A stretch of DNA of 61,833 bases, filler included, from Nemertoderma westbladi (lineage: Eukaryota; Animalia; Xenacoelomorpha), in assembly GCA_032718475.1 (NCBI GenBank). It is 3 parts of 3 records of this genome, joined end to end, with 100 filler letters (N's around TTAATTAATTAA, not from the genome) between each part and the next. Parts side by side here need not be neighbours in the genome. Positions count along the whole stretch, not along the records: positions 21,197 to 38,751 come from JAUCBJ010004309.1; 2 more parts are not named here. One strand, written 5' to 3'. The notes under the pieces are model-generated. The model searched no databases. It worked only from the letters and a program-made list of their open reading frames with translations, and was not told the origin of the DNA. Each line of letters opens with the position of its first letter. The stretch's first letter is position 1. The translations under genes were made by a program, and so were the position numbers. This document shows, one piece after another, positions 26,001 to 38,851 of the stretch.

Positions 26001-29000
26001 AAAAATTCCAAAAAAAAAATATTAATTTAAAATGAATCAAACGTTTTAAAAAACTGACGCCATTGATATTGTCTGGTTGAACCGCAGCCATAACAATACG
26101 TGTTTCATTTTCGTTGTATTTGTTGCTTTGGTGAGCAGGATCCTTATAGTGAGTTTACTTATTATATCTTTCGTAGTAATTTCAATTCTTAATTAAATAT
26201 TACCAACCAACTATCTTTGCAGCACGTTTACTTTCCTTGCTGGTTTCGGGGGTGCACTGATTTATGCTGCGAGCGCCATAGACTGGGACAAACTAACCGG
26301 CAGAACATCTGAATTAGAGGAACATGCTGCGGCAATATTCTACTTTTGTGCCGTATGTTTGGTCATTCAGGTTGGTGGTCTTAATGGTTAATAAAAAAAA
26401 CGCCTCTGCAATTTATATTTCAATGTATATTAGTTCTCACCTTGTCAGATAGGGGGAACTGGACGCAATAAAAATTCATCCCTCTCCAGGGGAAATTCGA
26501 ATAACAGCTGAATACTCTCAAAAATAAAACTGTAACCTGTTCTATTGTGTTTAGTTTATTGTTTTGGTTAAAATAACGTGCCACTGTAACCTGCTCCTTT
26601 CCCTAAATTGAGAATTTTACATTGAGGCGGGATATTAATTCGCCAAGGCGGGTTTTGCGTCGAGTTCCCCCCCCCCACTCCCCCTGTCTCCACCTCGTCG
26701 TAGAGGTTTTAATCCGTGGCCTTGAATTTACATCTCTCCGGAGGTCGTGAGAGTTTTGTGTCCCTGGCCTAACTACCTGAGAATAGTTCAATTATTTAAT
26801 ACAATAGGCCTACTTTACTTTTAACATTATTTAACAATTATTTAATACAATAGGCCTACTTTACTTTTAACATTATTTAATTGTTATGTATTATTTACAC
26901 AATTCTATTGTCATTATCGCACATTGTGCAATAATAAAGTAAAGATAAACCTATCAACTCAATAGATACAACAAATAATTATTTCCTAACTCGAATTTAT
27001 TCAGGTCGCTCTGACTATTACTGGGCAGAAGGAAGTCCCGCTGTCGGCTTTAACCCAAGTAACAGTCCCTACTGGTAGTTTGTTTGAAGATTCAGATGAT
27101 GATGTTTTAAGGTGCAGTATAAAATAAAATATAGCCATTCTATCCCTACCGGTACCAAAGTTTTTATTAGCTATAGTATTCACTCGATACGTTGTTGTTG
27201 TATTTCCAGTTAGGTTTTAACTGAAAACTCAAAAAAACTCAAAACCTCGCAGTAGTGGAGAGTTTGGTAGAGCGTTTGACTTCGAATCTCTAGGTGTACC
27301 GAGTTCAATCCCACATTCCGGTGAATTTTTTAGATAGTAAGATTGGTAGTAAGCCATTCAAGGAAGAGACCGTTCATGCGTTAGTAGACGCGGACCTTTG
27401 GGCGATTTTGCGCATGCTAATTTGACTTTTAGATGACAGAAAAAAAATTAATATACATATTAAAGTAAAAGTTTGAATTTATAAAGCAAATGAATATTGT
27501 TATATTAATTATTAAACTAATTAATAAATATTGAACTAATTTTCAAGAAAGTGAACAACAACCATATAGCGGTGGTAATTTAATTAAGCAAGTAGAACTA
27601 GTTAATAAAAAACTGGAGACCCATTGCTGCATGCGATGAGTACCGGGGGACAACCGCTAGCGTTCATCTCATAACAAGGGCATTCTCAGGAGGACAAGCT
27701 GAGAGAAATGCCAACAGAGATACGTCACAAAGGGATAGATAAATATTAATGAAGTAAATCAGAGTGGATGAGTTGCACGTAACTATAGTAACTAACCACA
27801 GGTAAGCAGTAACATTAGCCCGGATGTTGCCGCTTCATAAATTATAAGAGGGTGTTGAACTGACACTCAGAATTTGTTATATTTCAAAATTATCTGTTTT
27901 GGTTATAAATATTATTATTATTGCAGTAGAACGGTGTATAAAGACGACATCATTGAAACAGATGTTACCGAAACCGCCGTACCGGTACTTACAGACCACA
28001 ATGGGAAGGACAGTGTAGATTCTTATGAGGATATCGGCCTAGAAACCGAGTCCAACCAATCAGTGGAAGTGAAAGAAAATAAAAGGTTATGTCCAGCTTA
28101 GCATGAGTTAGTTAGCAGCACACTAATAACGGTTGGTTGTCATAAGGCCCGAGTCAGACATGAGCTTTCCCATAGGCTAGGCCTACACCATTCTGTTATA
28201 ACTATCGGTAATTCTAGCCAACCGTTAGAATGGCATTATATTAATATACTTTAGTACTTTATTATTTATTCTGAATGTGCTAATATTTTAGGCGCAAACT
28301 AAAAGAAATTGATGAGGTTGAGTTGACCTATTCTGTTAAACTCGCTCCCAATGAGGAGACAAGCTTGCGACAGTATCTGTGGAGTATAATTCGGTTGCCA
28401 TGGTGGTTGTTTATAGTCTGTCTGTCTAACTATCTCTGTTGGGTCAGCATAATGAGTTACATGATATTCTTTACAGACTTTGTTGGTAAGCAACCCTAAC
28501 TAATAGCAACCGTAGCTAACAGCAACCGTAACCACAGCAACCGTAACGCACACTAACAGCAACCGAAACATTTAATATTTAGCAGTTTCAATGTGTATAT
28601 TTGTTGTTATAGGCCTATACATTTTATACACAGGAGGTTTGAAAAAACAACTTGACTTTTCCAATGGATTTAATAATAATGGGTTTTCTTAAGGGAACCA
28701 ATTAAACTGTTTCTCTCCCTCTAAAAAATATGTTATTGCTTTACCGTGATAAATGAGTTGATAGTTTCACATTATTATAATTATGATATTACAACATTGT
28801 ATATATATACTGTATACACTGCCCTTTCATTGTGTAGCAAGTGGTTATAGAGGGAGGACGACGTAAATTGCGGACATACAAAGTATTAGGTAGTATTTCT
28901 AGGTCTACCTTTAACCTGAGAACCTAAATGAATGGTTAGAGCGCCAGAGTTCCAACCTGAAGGTCACCAGTTCGATCCCACCTGGACGTAATTGCCGACT

Positions 29001-30706
29001 ATTGCTAATATTGTACATTAATTCACTGTTAGGTGAATCTATATACAAAGGAAATCCGACGGGAACTATTGAGGAGAAGGCGTTGTACAACGTGGGAGTT
29101 CGTAGAGGATGTTGGGGATTGGCTATATGGTGTATAGCTAGTTCTTTTATAAGTTCAATGTATGCGAGTATATTGTCTCGTTTCGGTGAGTTGTAATTCA
29201 TTAACATTCATATATATATCTACATGCTGTATTGAGAATACTACGACGGATTGGTAAGTTAAAGATCACCCCGCCCACTCCCCCTACACATAATATATTG
29301 TCAAAAAATTAGGCCGCCTCAATTTATTATCTCCCGTGACTGAGATTATCTAATATATTTCAATCACTTGTGTTGTATATAGGATCCAAACGTACGTACA
29401 TCTTCGGGATGCTTATCAACACATTCGGGGCTATAGTCCAGGGTTTCGCTAACAACTTCGCTATCTCCATGTTCCTCAGCTGTCTTGGGGGTTTACTCTA
29501 CACCTCAACGTTTGTCATTCCCTTCAATATCGTCGCTACATATCACTCTCACGGATTGGTTAGTGTTTACTTTATAGGACTGTCACGGATTGGTTAGTGT
29601 TTACTTTATACGATTCTCACAGATTAGTTAGTTTACTTTATGCATGCGCCACCCACGGATTGGTTAGTGTTTACTTTATACGATTCTCACAGATTAGGTA
29701 GTTTACTTTATGCGACTCCCCTCGGAGTAGTTAGTGTTTACTTTATACGACTATCATGGATTGGTTAGTTAGTACTTTATGCGCCACCCACGGATTGGTT
29801 AGTGTTTACTTTATACGACACTCACGGATTGGTTAGTGTTTACTTTATACGATTCTCACAGATTAGGTAGTTTACTTTATGCGACCCCCCTCGGAGTGGT
29901 TAGTGTTTACTTTATACGACTCTCATGGATTGGTTAGTTAGTACTTTATGCGCCTCCCACGGATTAGTTAGTGTTTACTTTATACGACACTCACGGATTC
30001 GTTAGTGTTTACTTTATACGTCTCTCACGGGTTAGGTAGTTTACTTTATGCGACTCCCCTCGGAGTGGTTAGTGTTTACTTTATACGACTCTCATGGATT
30101 GGTTAGTTAGTACTTTATGCGCCTCCCACGGATTAGTTAGTGTTTACTTTATACGACACTCACGGATTCGTTAGTGTTTACTTTATACGTCTCTCACGGG
30201 TTAGTGTTTACTTTATGCGACTATCACGGATTGGTTAGTTTATTTATACTTTATACGACTCTCACAGATTGGACAGTATACTTGACATTACTGTTATTTT
30301 ACTTTATTTTACTTGAACGGACTGCTAATTTTATATTGCAGATTAGTAATCCTTTGTTTGGAAACTACTCTAAGTCAATATATAACGTCAATATGAGATA
30401 TCTACAGTTCGCACCAGTTAATTGTTGATGGTTTTTTTGTTTTAGGGTGGGTCCCAGCCGGGAGGTAAACGAATAGCCCCCCGCGGTCTGGGAACCGATG
30501 TTGGCATAGTAACCAGTATGATGTTTGTAGCCCAGTTCACGCTCAGCCTGTTTATGGGTTCCATAGTGGAGGCGGTTGGTACCACTAGCGCCACCATGTT
30601 TACCAGCGGGATATTCAGTGGCTTAGCAGCGATAATAGCGACGAGGATAGACTACCTAGATGATTACTCCGCCAATAGCAAAGATGGCTTCCAGTTAATG
30701 GCTTAA
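23085..30706 (+). CDS. SLC45: SLC45-family (proton-associated sugar transporter/MATP-like) MFS protein. Exons: 23085-23254, 24765-25154, 26223-26370, 27005-27111, 27927-28085, 28292-28485, 29033-29185, 29383-29558, 30446-30706
   Basis: Motifs EMVYASELAFVSPLLL, W|CLSPLLGF..P.LGSLSDQCSSPIGRRRPFI, LDFSSD...IRSYLLD, FTDFVGESIYKGNP, YNVGVRRGCWGL and RGLGTD. All GT-AG junctions are phase-compatible. The start codon is uncertain. Confidence 0.9.
24083..24659. mobile_element. Tourist/PIF-Harbinger-like MITE in SLC45 intron 1
   Basis: Terminal inverted repeats aggcccggttt / aaaccgggcct plus subterminal gcactttcagc / gctgaaagtgc. Confidence 0.65.
27249..27325 (+). mobile_element. Degenerate tRNA-derived SINE head or tRNA pseudogene
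   Basis: A-box-like tggtagagcg and B-box-like gagttcaatccc, with no intact cloverleaf. Confidence 0.45.
28915..28990 (+). mobile_element. tRNA-derived SINE head, same family as 49760-49833 and 50062-50316
   Basis: cctgag...gaatggttagagcgccaga...aggtcaccagttcgatcccacc. Flanking sequence is also shared with the 49760-49890 copy. Confidence 0.6.
29545..30270 (+). repeat. ~30-34-bp tandem array (~22 copies) made from the SLC45 exon 8 donor junction
   Basis: Unit cgactctcacggattg|gttagtgtttactttata. The first copy is the real exon end and donor (29558/29559). Confidence 0.9.
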
Positions 30707-32723
30707 ATAAATATGTTATTAAAATTTCCAGTTTAGAATTTAAATTTAATTTAAAACAATCTGTTACTAACTGTATAAAATCACCAAGTCCAGAAAGAGA
30801 AGAAACACATTTAGTAAAGGGTGTTTTTCATAAAAACTAAATAATTATTGAATAACTACGTAAACAAACACTGCCGCGTTAATGCAAAAACACCTCATCT
30901 CAAAAATATCGAAATACTGCATTTAATACAATAAGGTAATTTATAGTTTTTGGTACCACCAACTCAAATCCGAAAATCAGATATCGGCATATATTCCTAC
31001 GAACCGATTACTGAATTAAATGTTCGTTGTTGCTGGATGTGGATAAATTTCGTACAAAAGTCCTCAAGATTGAAGTTCCTGACATTCTTATAAGAAAAGT
31101 TTAAAAAGCATCAAATTTTCTTGTTTCGGCTGGAAGGGGCGTGACGACGTAACAGACACTGCCACCAACATATTATGTGGGGCGAGCCACGCAGTCAGGG
31201 CAAACCTTAGCGCACAATTATAATTCGTAAATAGGGCAAAGTTTCATGTCCGTATGACTGTCTGTCTGTCCGTCTGTCTTTCTGTCCTTCTCTAATGAAA
31301 AATTCATTCGTAAATAACTTTTTGAAGATTTTAACCATTTTCAACCAAATTTTGTATGGACATACTAGAGAAAAAGTTCCAATACTTTTGAAAGTTGGGG
31401 GCAAATACCGAACTTTTGACTCCAGATCAAATCGAACTTGTTTCGAGTTCACGTGCTGCGCGACGCCCCACGAACGTGTTTTTCCTTCAAATAAATTAGG
31501 TTAGGTATGTAATGCTAAGCAGCTTTATTCAAATAGCCCCAAAAGTGTTTCTATGACAACTGCATAATTCCAAACTTATGATAAAGTTTATACCAAAAAC
31601 TATAATTTCAATTGTTTTGGTTTATTTGAAAATGAAATTTAAGTATAAATAGCAAACACTGCTGTACGATCATAGTGTTGTTGTACCTAAATTTAATTTA
31701 GCGAACTAAATTATTTGACATGATATATAATTTTAAGAAACTTTTATAAAATAAAAATTGTTAAATATAAATTGTGTGTTTCAGGTATTCATGTTACGGT
31801 CTATTTATAGTAACTGTGTTACAGTAGCTGATGATGTATGTAGTCAGAGTAAATTGTGGTTAAGATTATAATAATATAGTTAGTTACAAACATAATGATA
31901 ACTTTTATAGTGAATGATAATTCTTGAATATATTCCGATATTAAATACGGAGGTTCGGTAAAGTAAAGGAGTTTATATAATCGCATTATATTATTCATAC
32001 AGATAAATTGTACTTTATCATTCATTGCTAAACCAAATAGCACAAAAAACGCGCGTACATATTCCAAGTCACGTATTTACTCAAATTATAAAACCCGGGC
32101 GTTAAAATGGGGGCGAGAGTGAGAGGGGTCTCATTCGAGGCAGATACTGTTAATTTTCGAAGGGGGGGGGGGGGGGGGGGGGTGTTGTATTTTATTAAGT
32201 ACACTTAAAAACAAAAAAAAAACAATTTAAGTTCTATTATAGACCAGACATTCTGAACTAAAATGGAAATTGTTTGCAATATTGCAATAGTTCAATTATT
32301 TATCGAGACATTTTACTTTATATTTTGTTTACTGCAGGTAGATAATGAAAAAAAGGAAATAACCCCTGGTGAGAACAAAAAATATATTTGATATACTTAC
32401 AGAATTTAATTCAGCCACACAAGTTCAGTTTTTATTCACTTACACTAGAGTTGCAACAGAGACCTGATTTTCTTAATCCCGGTAAACCAGAGCCCTACCC
32501 AGAGAATTATTTTGAAAAATACCGGAGACCAGAGCCGGAGATCAGAGACTTTGCATATTTTTATACTTACAATTTGATTACTCCCCTATATCACAAACAG
32601 GTACATACGGCCTTAGAACTGTTTTTCTATGGTTCAATTACAGTAAAGTAAATCCAACCCATTTCTCAACCCTTACCTACCGATTGTAAGAAAATAAGCG
32701 CACATACAGTTTGGGGGGCTTAA

Positions 32724-33632
32724 GGGGGGGGGGGGGGGGGGGGTATACCCCCCATGAACCTTTTATTAAAATGGCTGTCAATTAGTGTTAAATGATAATA
32801 TTGATATTTTGTCATGGTCAACCACTGTATGGAAGGCCAAAAAGCCTTTATAGTAAAATTTGAAAATTTATAGCCTCCCCCTAGCGGCTGGCGGCGGAAT
32901 TAAAGATTTCACTAAAATTGCTACTAGTCACTCAATTAATTTTGGTCCAAATTTCTTGAAACCAACTTTTTTGGACTCAGCGTGATCGACTCTACAAAAG
33001 TTATCTTATAGAATTTTTAATTAGCCATTTTTATTTTAATTAATTAATTTAATTAATTAATTATCATATTTTTAATAAAATTGGCTAATTAGAAAAAATA
33101 GTAATATTTATCAAAATTCCGTAAGATAACTTTTAAAGAGCTTCCAAAGCTTGTTCGAATGAGCCATAAACGAAGAAAATTGGTTAAAAAATGACGGAGG
33201 AGTAGTAATTTGAAAATGAAAAATGTCATTCCGAGAAAATGCCCTTCAAAGTTTAAACCGTCCCGCCAAAATTGGCTGTCTGTGTTCTGGTTGGTTAGTT
33301 ATTTTTGGCAAGAAGGATGCACACCAACGAGCTAAAATGTTCATTACTGGGGTTTTCGGGGTCGCTGATTTCATTTCCGATGTCAGTTTTAATTTTTGGT
33401 GGAATCTAGTCTATCTGTCTGTCTGTCGGTCTTCTGTCTTTCTTACAATTTGACGGACAGACCGTCATACGGAAAAACAGTGATAACTCGAGAACTAAAA
33501 GAGGTCTCACTAAGCGGTTTTCAGATTTGTAATCCTCATTAAATTCTGCTCTAGATGAAATAAAGAAGCAACAATTTGAAAATTTTACCTGAGGGGGGGG
33601 GGGGGGGGGGGTATACCCCCCCCCCCCCCCCC
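32724..33632. mobile_element. Non-autonomous DNA transposon with poly-G/poly-C termini and TTAA flanks (Kolobok-like)
   Basis: TTAA-G(n)TATACCCC ... GGGGTATAC(n)-TTAA terminal inverted repeats. Confidence 0.55.
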
Positions 33633-34055
33633 TTAATTAATATTAATTTGGTTATTTGTTTATTAATTCGTTCTTATTTTGTTATTGTTAATAATATGTT
33701 ACATTAATTTGTTTTGCGCCATAGGTACCGATACGTTGTTAATTAAAGTTACGCCCGTTCTCTCCATTTGGTCTTCATATTATCTATCCTATAACAAATT
33801 GAATTGAGATCAGCCCTTTCTTTCACTTTTAAACATTACGGGAGCTCAAATTAAGCGCCCTTATCCTTAAATAAGAACCCTCTTTAGGTGCTAATTAAAA
33901 TTAAAATTAAACGCACCTTAAATTAATTAAATAGAAGATTATCGCTACAATATTTATTAGAAATAGAAATAGTGTAAAAGTGAATATGTAATTTTGTTGA
34001 AGCAGAGTATTAAAAATATTTAAAAATTAAAGAAATTATTAATTGGAAAAAATTT

Positions 34056-36415
34056 GTGAATAATAATAAGTCCCAGATAGACCATATTCTGTTTCGTAGG
34101 AAATACAGGAGCTCTATACAAGACTGTAATGCATTTACACTTCGACCCTTCTCCAGTGATCACCGCCTTATTGTGGCCAAGGTAAGACTTAGTCTGCGTG
34201 CTAGCAGAACAACGAAATCTGCCTTGCCGCGGCATGACTGGTCCTCTCTGTTGCAACAGCCAAGTGTGAGATCCAGCTTCACATTACAGCTGAGCAACAG
34301 GTATGAGGCTCTTGCCTCTGAGGCGGCAGATCACTGTGAGGGCTATACTGCCTTTACAGAAGCAGTTAAGTTAGCAGCTGCAGAAACAGTTCCTGTATAC
34401 CCTCGAAACAGGAAAAGGGCCCCCTGGACTGACAACAAAATTCAGAAGTGCCGAAATGACCTTCATAAGGCGCAGAAAGAGTCCCGACTCAAACAGACTA
34501 CAGCGGCCAAGAATGCAGTTAAGGCTGCATCTAGGTCCCTGAACAGGCAGTACTCTATTAATCTACAGGAGCTAATAAACCAACAGGTTGATGCCATCAA
34601 TGATGCTGACGACAGCAGGCAATCATCCCAGGCATGGAAATCGATCAATTTGCTTACTGGGCGGAAAAGCCAACCAACCACCAAGGTTAAGGCTGAATCA
34701 CCAGCCGATCGCCTCAATGGTTGGAAAGCCCACTTTGAAAAGCTCCTCAATAATGACAGGGTATTGCCTGATAACTTTATAGAAGTAAAAGTGTCTGAGT
34801 CTGTACTCCCAGATATTCCCATTGGCGATATCTCCTTTGCAGAAGTGAAGGCTGCTGCAAAGAGCATTAAGACCAATCGTGCCAGTGGAGTAGATGGTGT
34901 TCCCCCTGAGGTCTTTAAAATACCTGAGTGTTTAAAGCTCATCTATCCCATCATAGTAGACATGTACCGAACAACAAGAGTTCCACAAGAAATGAAAACA
35001 AATAAGTTGGTGCCAGTTCCCAAGAAGGGCAACCTAACACTCTATGGTTCTTTTCGGGGAATCTCATTGATCTCGATTGCTGCAAAGCTATACAATAGGA
35101 TTCTATTAAATCGCATCAGGGATCCCATTGAGAGACTGCTCCGTGGAAATCAGAATGGGTTCCGTAAAGGTCGTGGGACCATGGAGCCCATTTTGGCACT
35201 TAGAAGGATAATTGAAGAATTATCAAAAAAGAAAGACAGGCACCTGGCTGTTATCTTTGTTGACTTCTTCAAGGCCTTTGATTCAGTCTCTCGCTCACGT
35301 ATGTTCAGCATACTTTCATTATATGGGATTCCTGATGAAATTATTGCAGCAATCAGATCAGTATACGATGGTTCGACAACATTTGTGTCTACTGTTGACG
35401 GTGACACAGAACCATTTGAAGTGTTATGGGGCGTCCTCCAAGGAGACACACTTGCACCATTCTTGTTCATTATTGTGGTTGACTATGTTCTACGCATGTC
35501 CTTAGATCATCATAATGATGATGGGGTGATGATAACTCCACCTACTGGCTCCAGAAGTCGAGGAAATCCTGCCAAGTACCTAACTGATCTAGACTTTGCT
35601 GATGACTTAGGAGTACTCTCAGAATCATTAGAGGGAGCCCAACGGCTCCTCAGCTCATTAGAACATGCTGCTTCTAGTGTTGGTCTTTTTATTAACTCCA
35701 GAAAGACCAAAATTTTGACAGTTAACTTTGAAAGTCCTCAGCAAGTCTCTGATCGGATGAGCATAAGCTCAAAAGATGGTATGCTTGAGCATGTGGACGA
35801 CTTCTGTTACCTGGGATCATGGATCCGGAAGTCAGGTGAGGACCTTCGAATACGTAAGGGAAAGGCATGGGCAGCCTTGAATAGGCTTTCCAGGATTTGG
35901 AAGTCACCGAGAATTAATCGGAAACTTAAGGTCCGATTATTTAGAGCAGCAGTAGTTCCAGTACTCCTCTACGGGAGTCCATGCTGGGCTCTAACTGCTG
36001 AGGACACCAAATCTCTGGATGGCACATTCACAAGAATGCTACGCCGGGTTCATTGTGTCAAGTACAATGCACACATCTCCAACCAGACACTATATAACAT
36101 TGGAGGTGTCTCATTGGTTCCCCCATGCTTGACACTAGAACAAAATCGCCTCCGCTTTGCAGGACATTGCTTTCGCCGTGAGGACCAGCCAGTGCATAAT
36201 CTTGTACTTTGGCAGCCTCATGGAGTGAATAAGCATGGTGGACAGCCCATGACTTTCTTGAGACGCATCTTAAAGGACACTGGCCTTGAAGATGCGGATG
36301 ATCTAGCAAATGTCATGGGTGATAGGGAGTTGTGGCGGTGCAATTTTGTTGACAGGCCGGCACAGCATTCTTAAAAATGCAGCTGCAATGCAGCATGCCG
36401 ATCCTAGTAGTAGTA
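34056..36415 (+). mobile_element. 5'-truncated RTE-clade-like non-LTR retrotransposon with an uninterrupted RT ORF (34056-36374)
   Basis: Endonuclease C-terminus (QIDHIL, SDHRLI), RT motifs FRGISL, QNGFR, VDFFKAFDSV, GVLQGDTLAP, FADD and YLGS, a short 3' UTR and a (TAG)n tail near 36404-36415. Confidence 0.9.
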
Positions 36416-37299
36416 TGAACACAGTTTTTGGAGCATACTACAACTGCTGACTTTTGCTGAACCAGGCTGATCAATCAGCTTATTAATAATTGCAGCCGGA
36501 TTGGATAAATTATTAATTAATTTGGGAAACTTTACTAATTAGTAAAATCGTTAATTAGTTCGATTCAAAAGATTTTAGAATAATTATTATTTGTAAAATA
36601 GTAAACCGCATTGATACACCTTGTGAATAAGGATTTGGGGGCGGGGGGGACAAAGCCCCCCCGCCAATTAGGTAATTAAGTAATTAGTTAATTACTAATT
36701 AACGGTAGGAGATACGGCATCGGCGCCAGAGACTTTTTTGTGTAGAATAAAATTCCGAACAACTTTGTGATGTTACGTTTTTTCATAGCTCTTAGTGTTT
36801 TCGAGTTACGACGCTAATTAGTTTTCGGCTAATTAGTACTAATTAACAGTAATAGGAGGGCCATAGCGATGACTGAACTTTTTTTAGATCTTACCGAGAT
36901 GAACAAAAAAAAACACCGTTGCTAGGGGAAAAACCAAATACTTTTTGAGAAAAATCAATTAGAAATCTTTAATCGCTAATTACTAATTAATTAATTAACA
37001 GATTTTTTCCACAAAAACTCCTAGCTATCGCGCTAGGGCCATCTACCAGATCGCGCAAACAGAATCGTTCTAGCTTTTGCCATTCTCCTGGAAAAATCCT
37101 TTAAAAATCGACCTAAAAAAGATCAAAGCAAAGTGCCTACTTGACAAGGGGTTCGATATAATGCTATCTTATGAGGTTTTACTTTGGTGTTTATGTTGGT
37201 TTGCTAAGTTCCGTTAAAAAGGCTGCATTATTTATTCCTCATAAGACTCTGTCGAGCCTTTGGCTCTCCAGTGGCAGCCAGACCATCCAGACCATCCAG

Positions 37300-38751
37300 T
37301 TTCTTAAATAACCGCACACATTTTGTTTCAATAGGCAACACAAAATCAGAACCGATACTGTCTCCCTGTGGAACCCCACAAGGAGCAATACTGAGCGCCA
37401 CTTTATTCCTACTTTACATTAACGACTTACCCAATTGTACAACACTTCTAGCAACCCTATTCGCAGACGACACTAACCTACTTTACAGCCATACAGACCC
37501 GACCATACTGACTGACACTGTAAACACAGAACTCCAAAAGGTCGAACAATGGCTTACTGACAATCAGCTCTCTTTAAACCTTAAAAAAACAGAACACCTA
37601 ATTTTTACATTTAAAAAGGAACCTATAAATAACAATATAAATATGCAAAACTTACCAATCAAGAAAGTAACTCAAACAAAATTTTTAGGAATATGGATAG
37701 ATAACAAACTTACATGGAAAAATCACTGCGCGTATGTACTAAAAAAAATCTCAAAATCTATAGGTATATTCTTCAAATTACGTCACATCCTACCATTAGG
37801 CATTATGAAATTACTTTACTACGCTTTGATACAACCATATATTACGTACGGTATAGTGATCTGGGGAACTGCTAAACATGTTCATATTAATCCGATTAAA
37901 ACTAAAATAAACAAATTAATTAGAGCAATTACCTTCAGTCACTACCGGAAACATGCACCACCACTATACAGACAATTAAATATACTACCTATAGACAAAT
38001 TACACATACTTGAAACAGCTAAACTAATCTGGGAAATCCGTAATAACAAAAAACGATCTTTTATAACATCATTGTTCCAACAAACATCCACTTTACATAC
38101 TTACAATACTCGATCAACGACACGCCAAAACTACTTTATACCTCGGACCCGACTATTACTAACTCAAAATTCATTAAAATATCACGGCGCCATTGTCTGG
38201 AACTCCTTAGACACCGACATAAAACAAAGCAAATCGAAAAAAACACTAGGTAGGAAACTAAAAATCAAATTAATTAATGAACTACAGTAAAAACAAAAAT
38301 GATATAAATTAAATACAAATAAATATCAAACCTAATCTTCCAAAAAATAACAATTTAATTATTTACAACAGATATCACAGGTAAAAAATAGTTGGAATAC
38401 AACTATTGGTTATGGTTATGGATATGGCAGAATTGAACTTAGTAGTGGCTGGCGGCATCCCTTGAAATTCTCCCCCCCCCCCCCCCCTCCCCCACCCACC
38501 CCTGATTGACCGATGGCAGCAACCGGCATTACTAGCTACCGCTACTGTCAGTTCCTGCCAGGGCACATAAACATAATAGCACACAAAAAAATTGCAGAAC
38601 ATACAAACAAATTTGAAATGCTCTCAAGGTGAATTATATTTTAATTTGTTTTGTGAACTACTGTTTATTTAAATATTGTCTGTAAATTGTGTGCGGTCAC
38701 TCTGGAACAAAATATAAGAGCCCTTACAGGCTCACATCAATCAATCAATCA
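37300..38751 (+). mobile_element. 5'-truncated L2/CR1-group LINE (RT C-terminal half to 38290, 3' UTR, (TCAA)n tail)
   Basis: GTPQGAILSATLFLLYINDL, FADDT, KFLGIWIDNKLTW and HTYNTRS; ends in atcaatcaatcaatca before the gap. Confidence 0.85.
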
Positions 38752-38851
38752 NNNNNNNNNNNNNNNNNNNNNNNNNNNNNNNNNNNNNNNNNNNNTTAAT
38801 TAATTAANNNNNNNNNNNNNNNNNNNNNNNNNNNNNNNNNNNNNNNNNNNN
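38752..38851. other. Scaffold gap with TTAATTAATTAA spacer
   Basis: N44-ttaattaattaa-N44. Confidence 0.95.
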
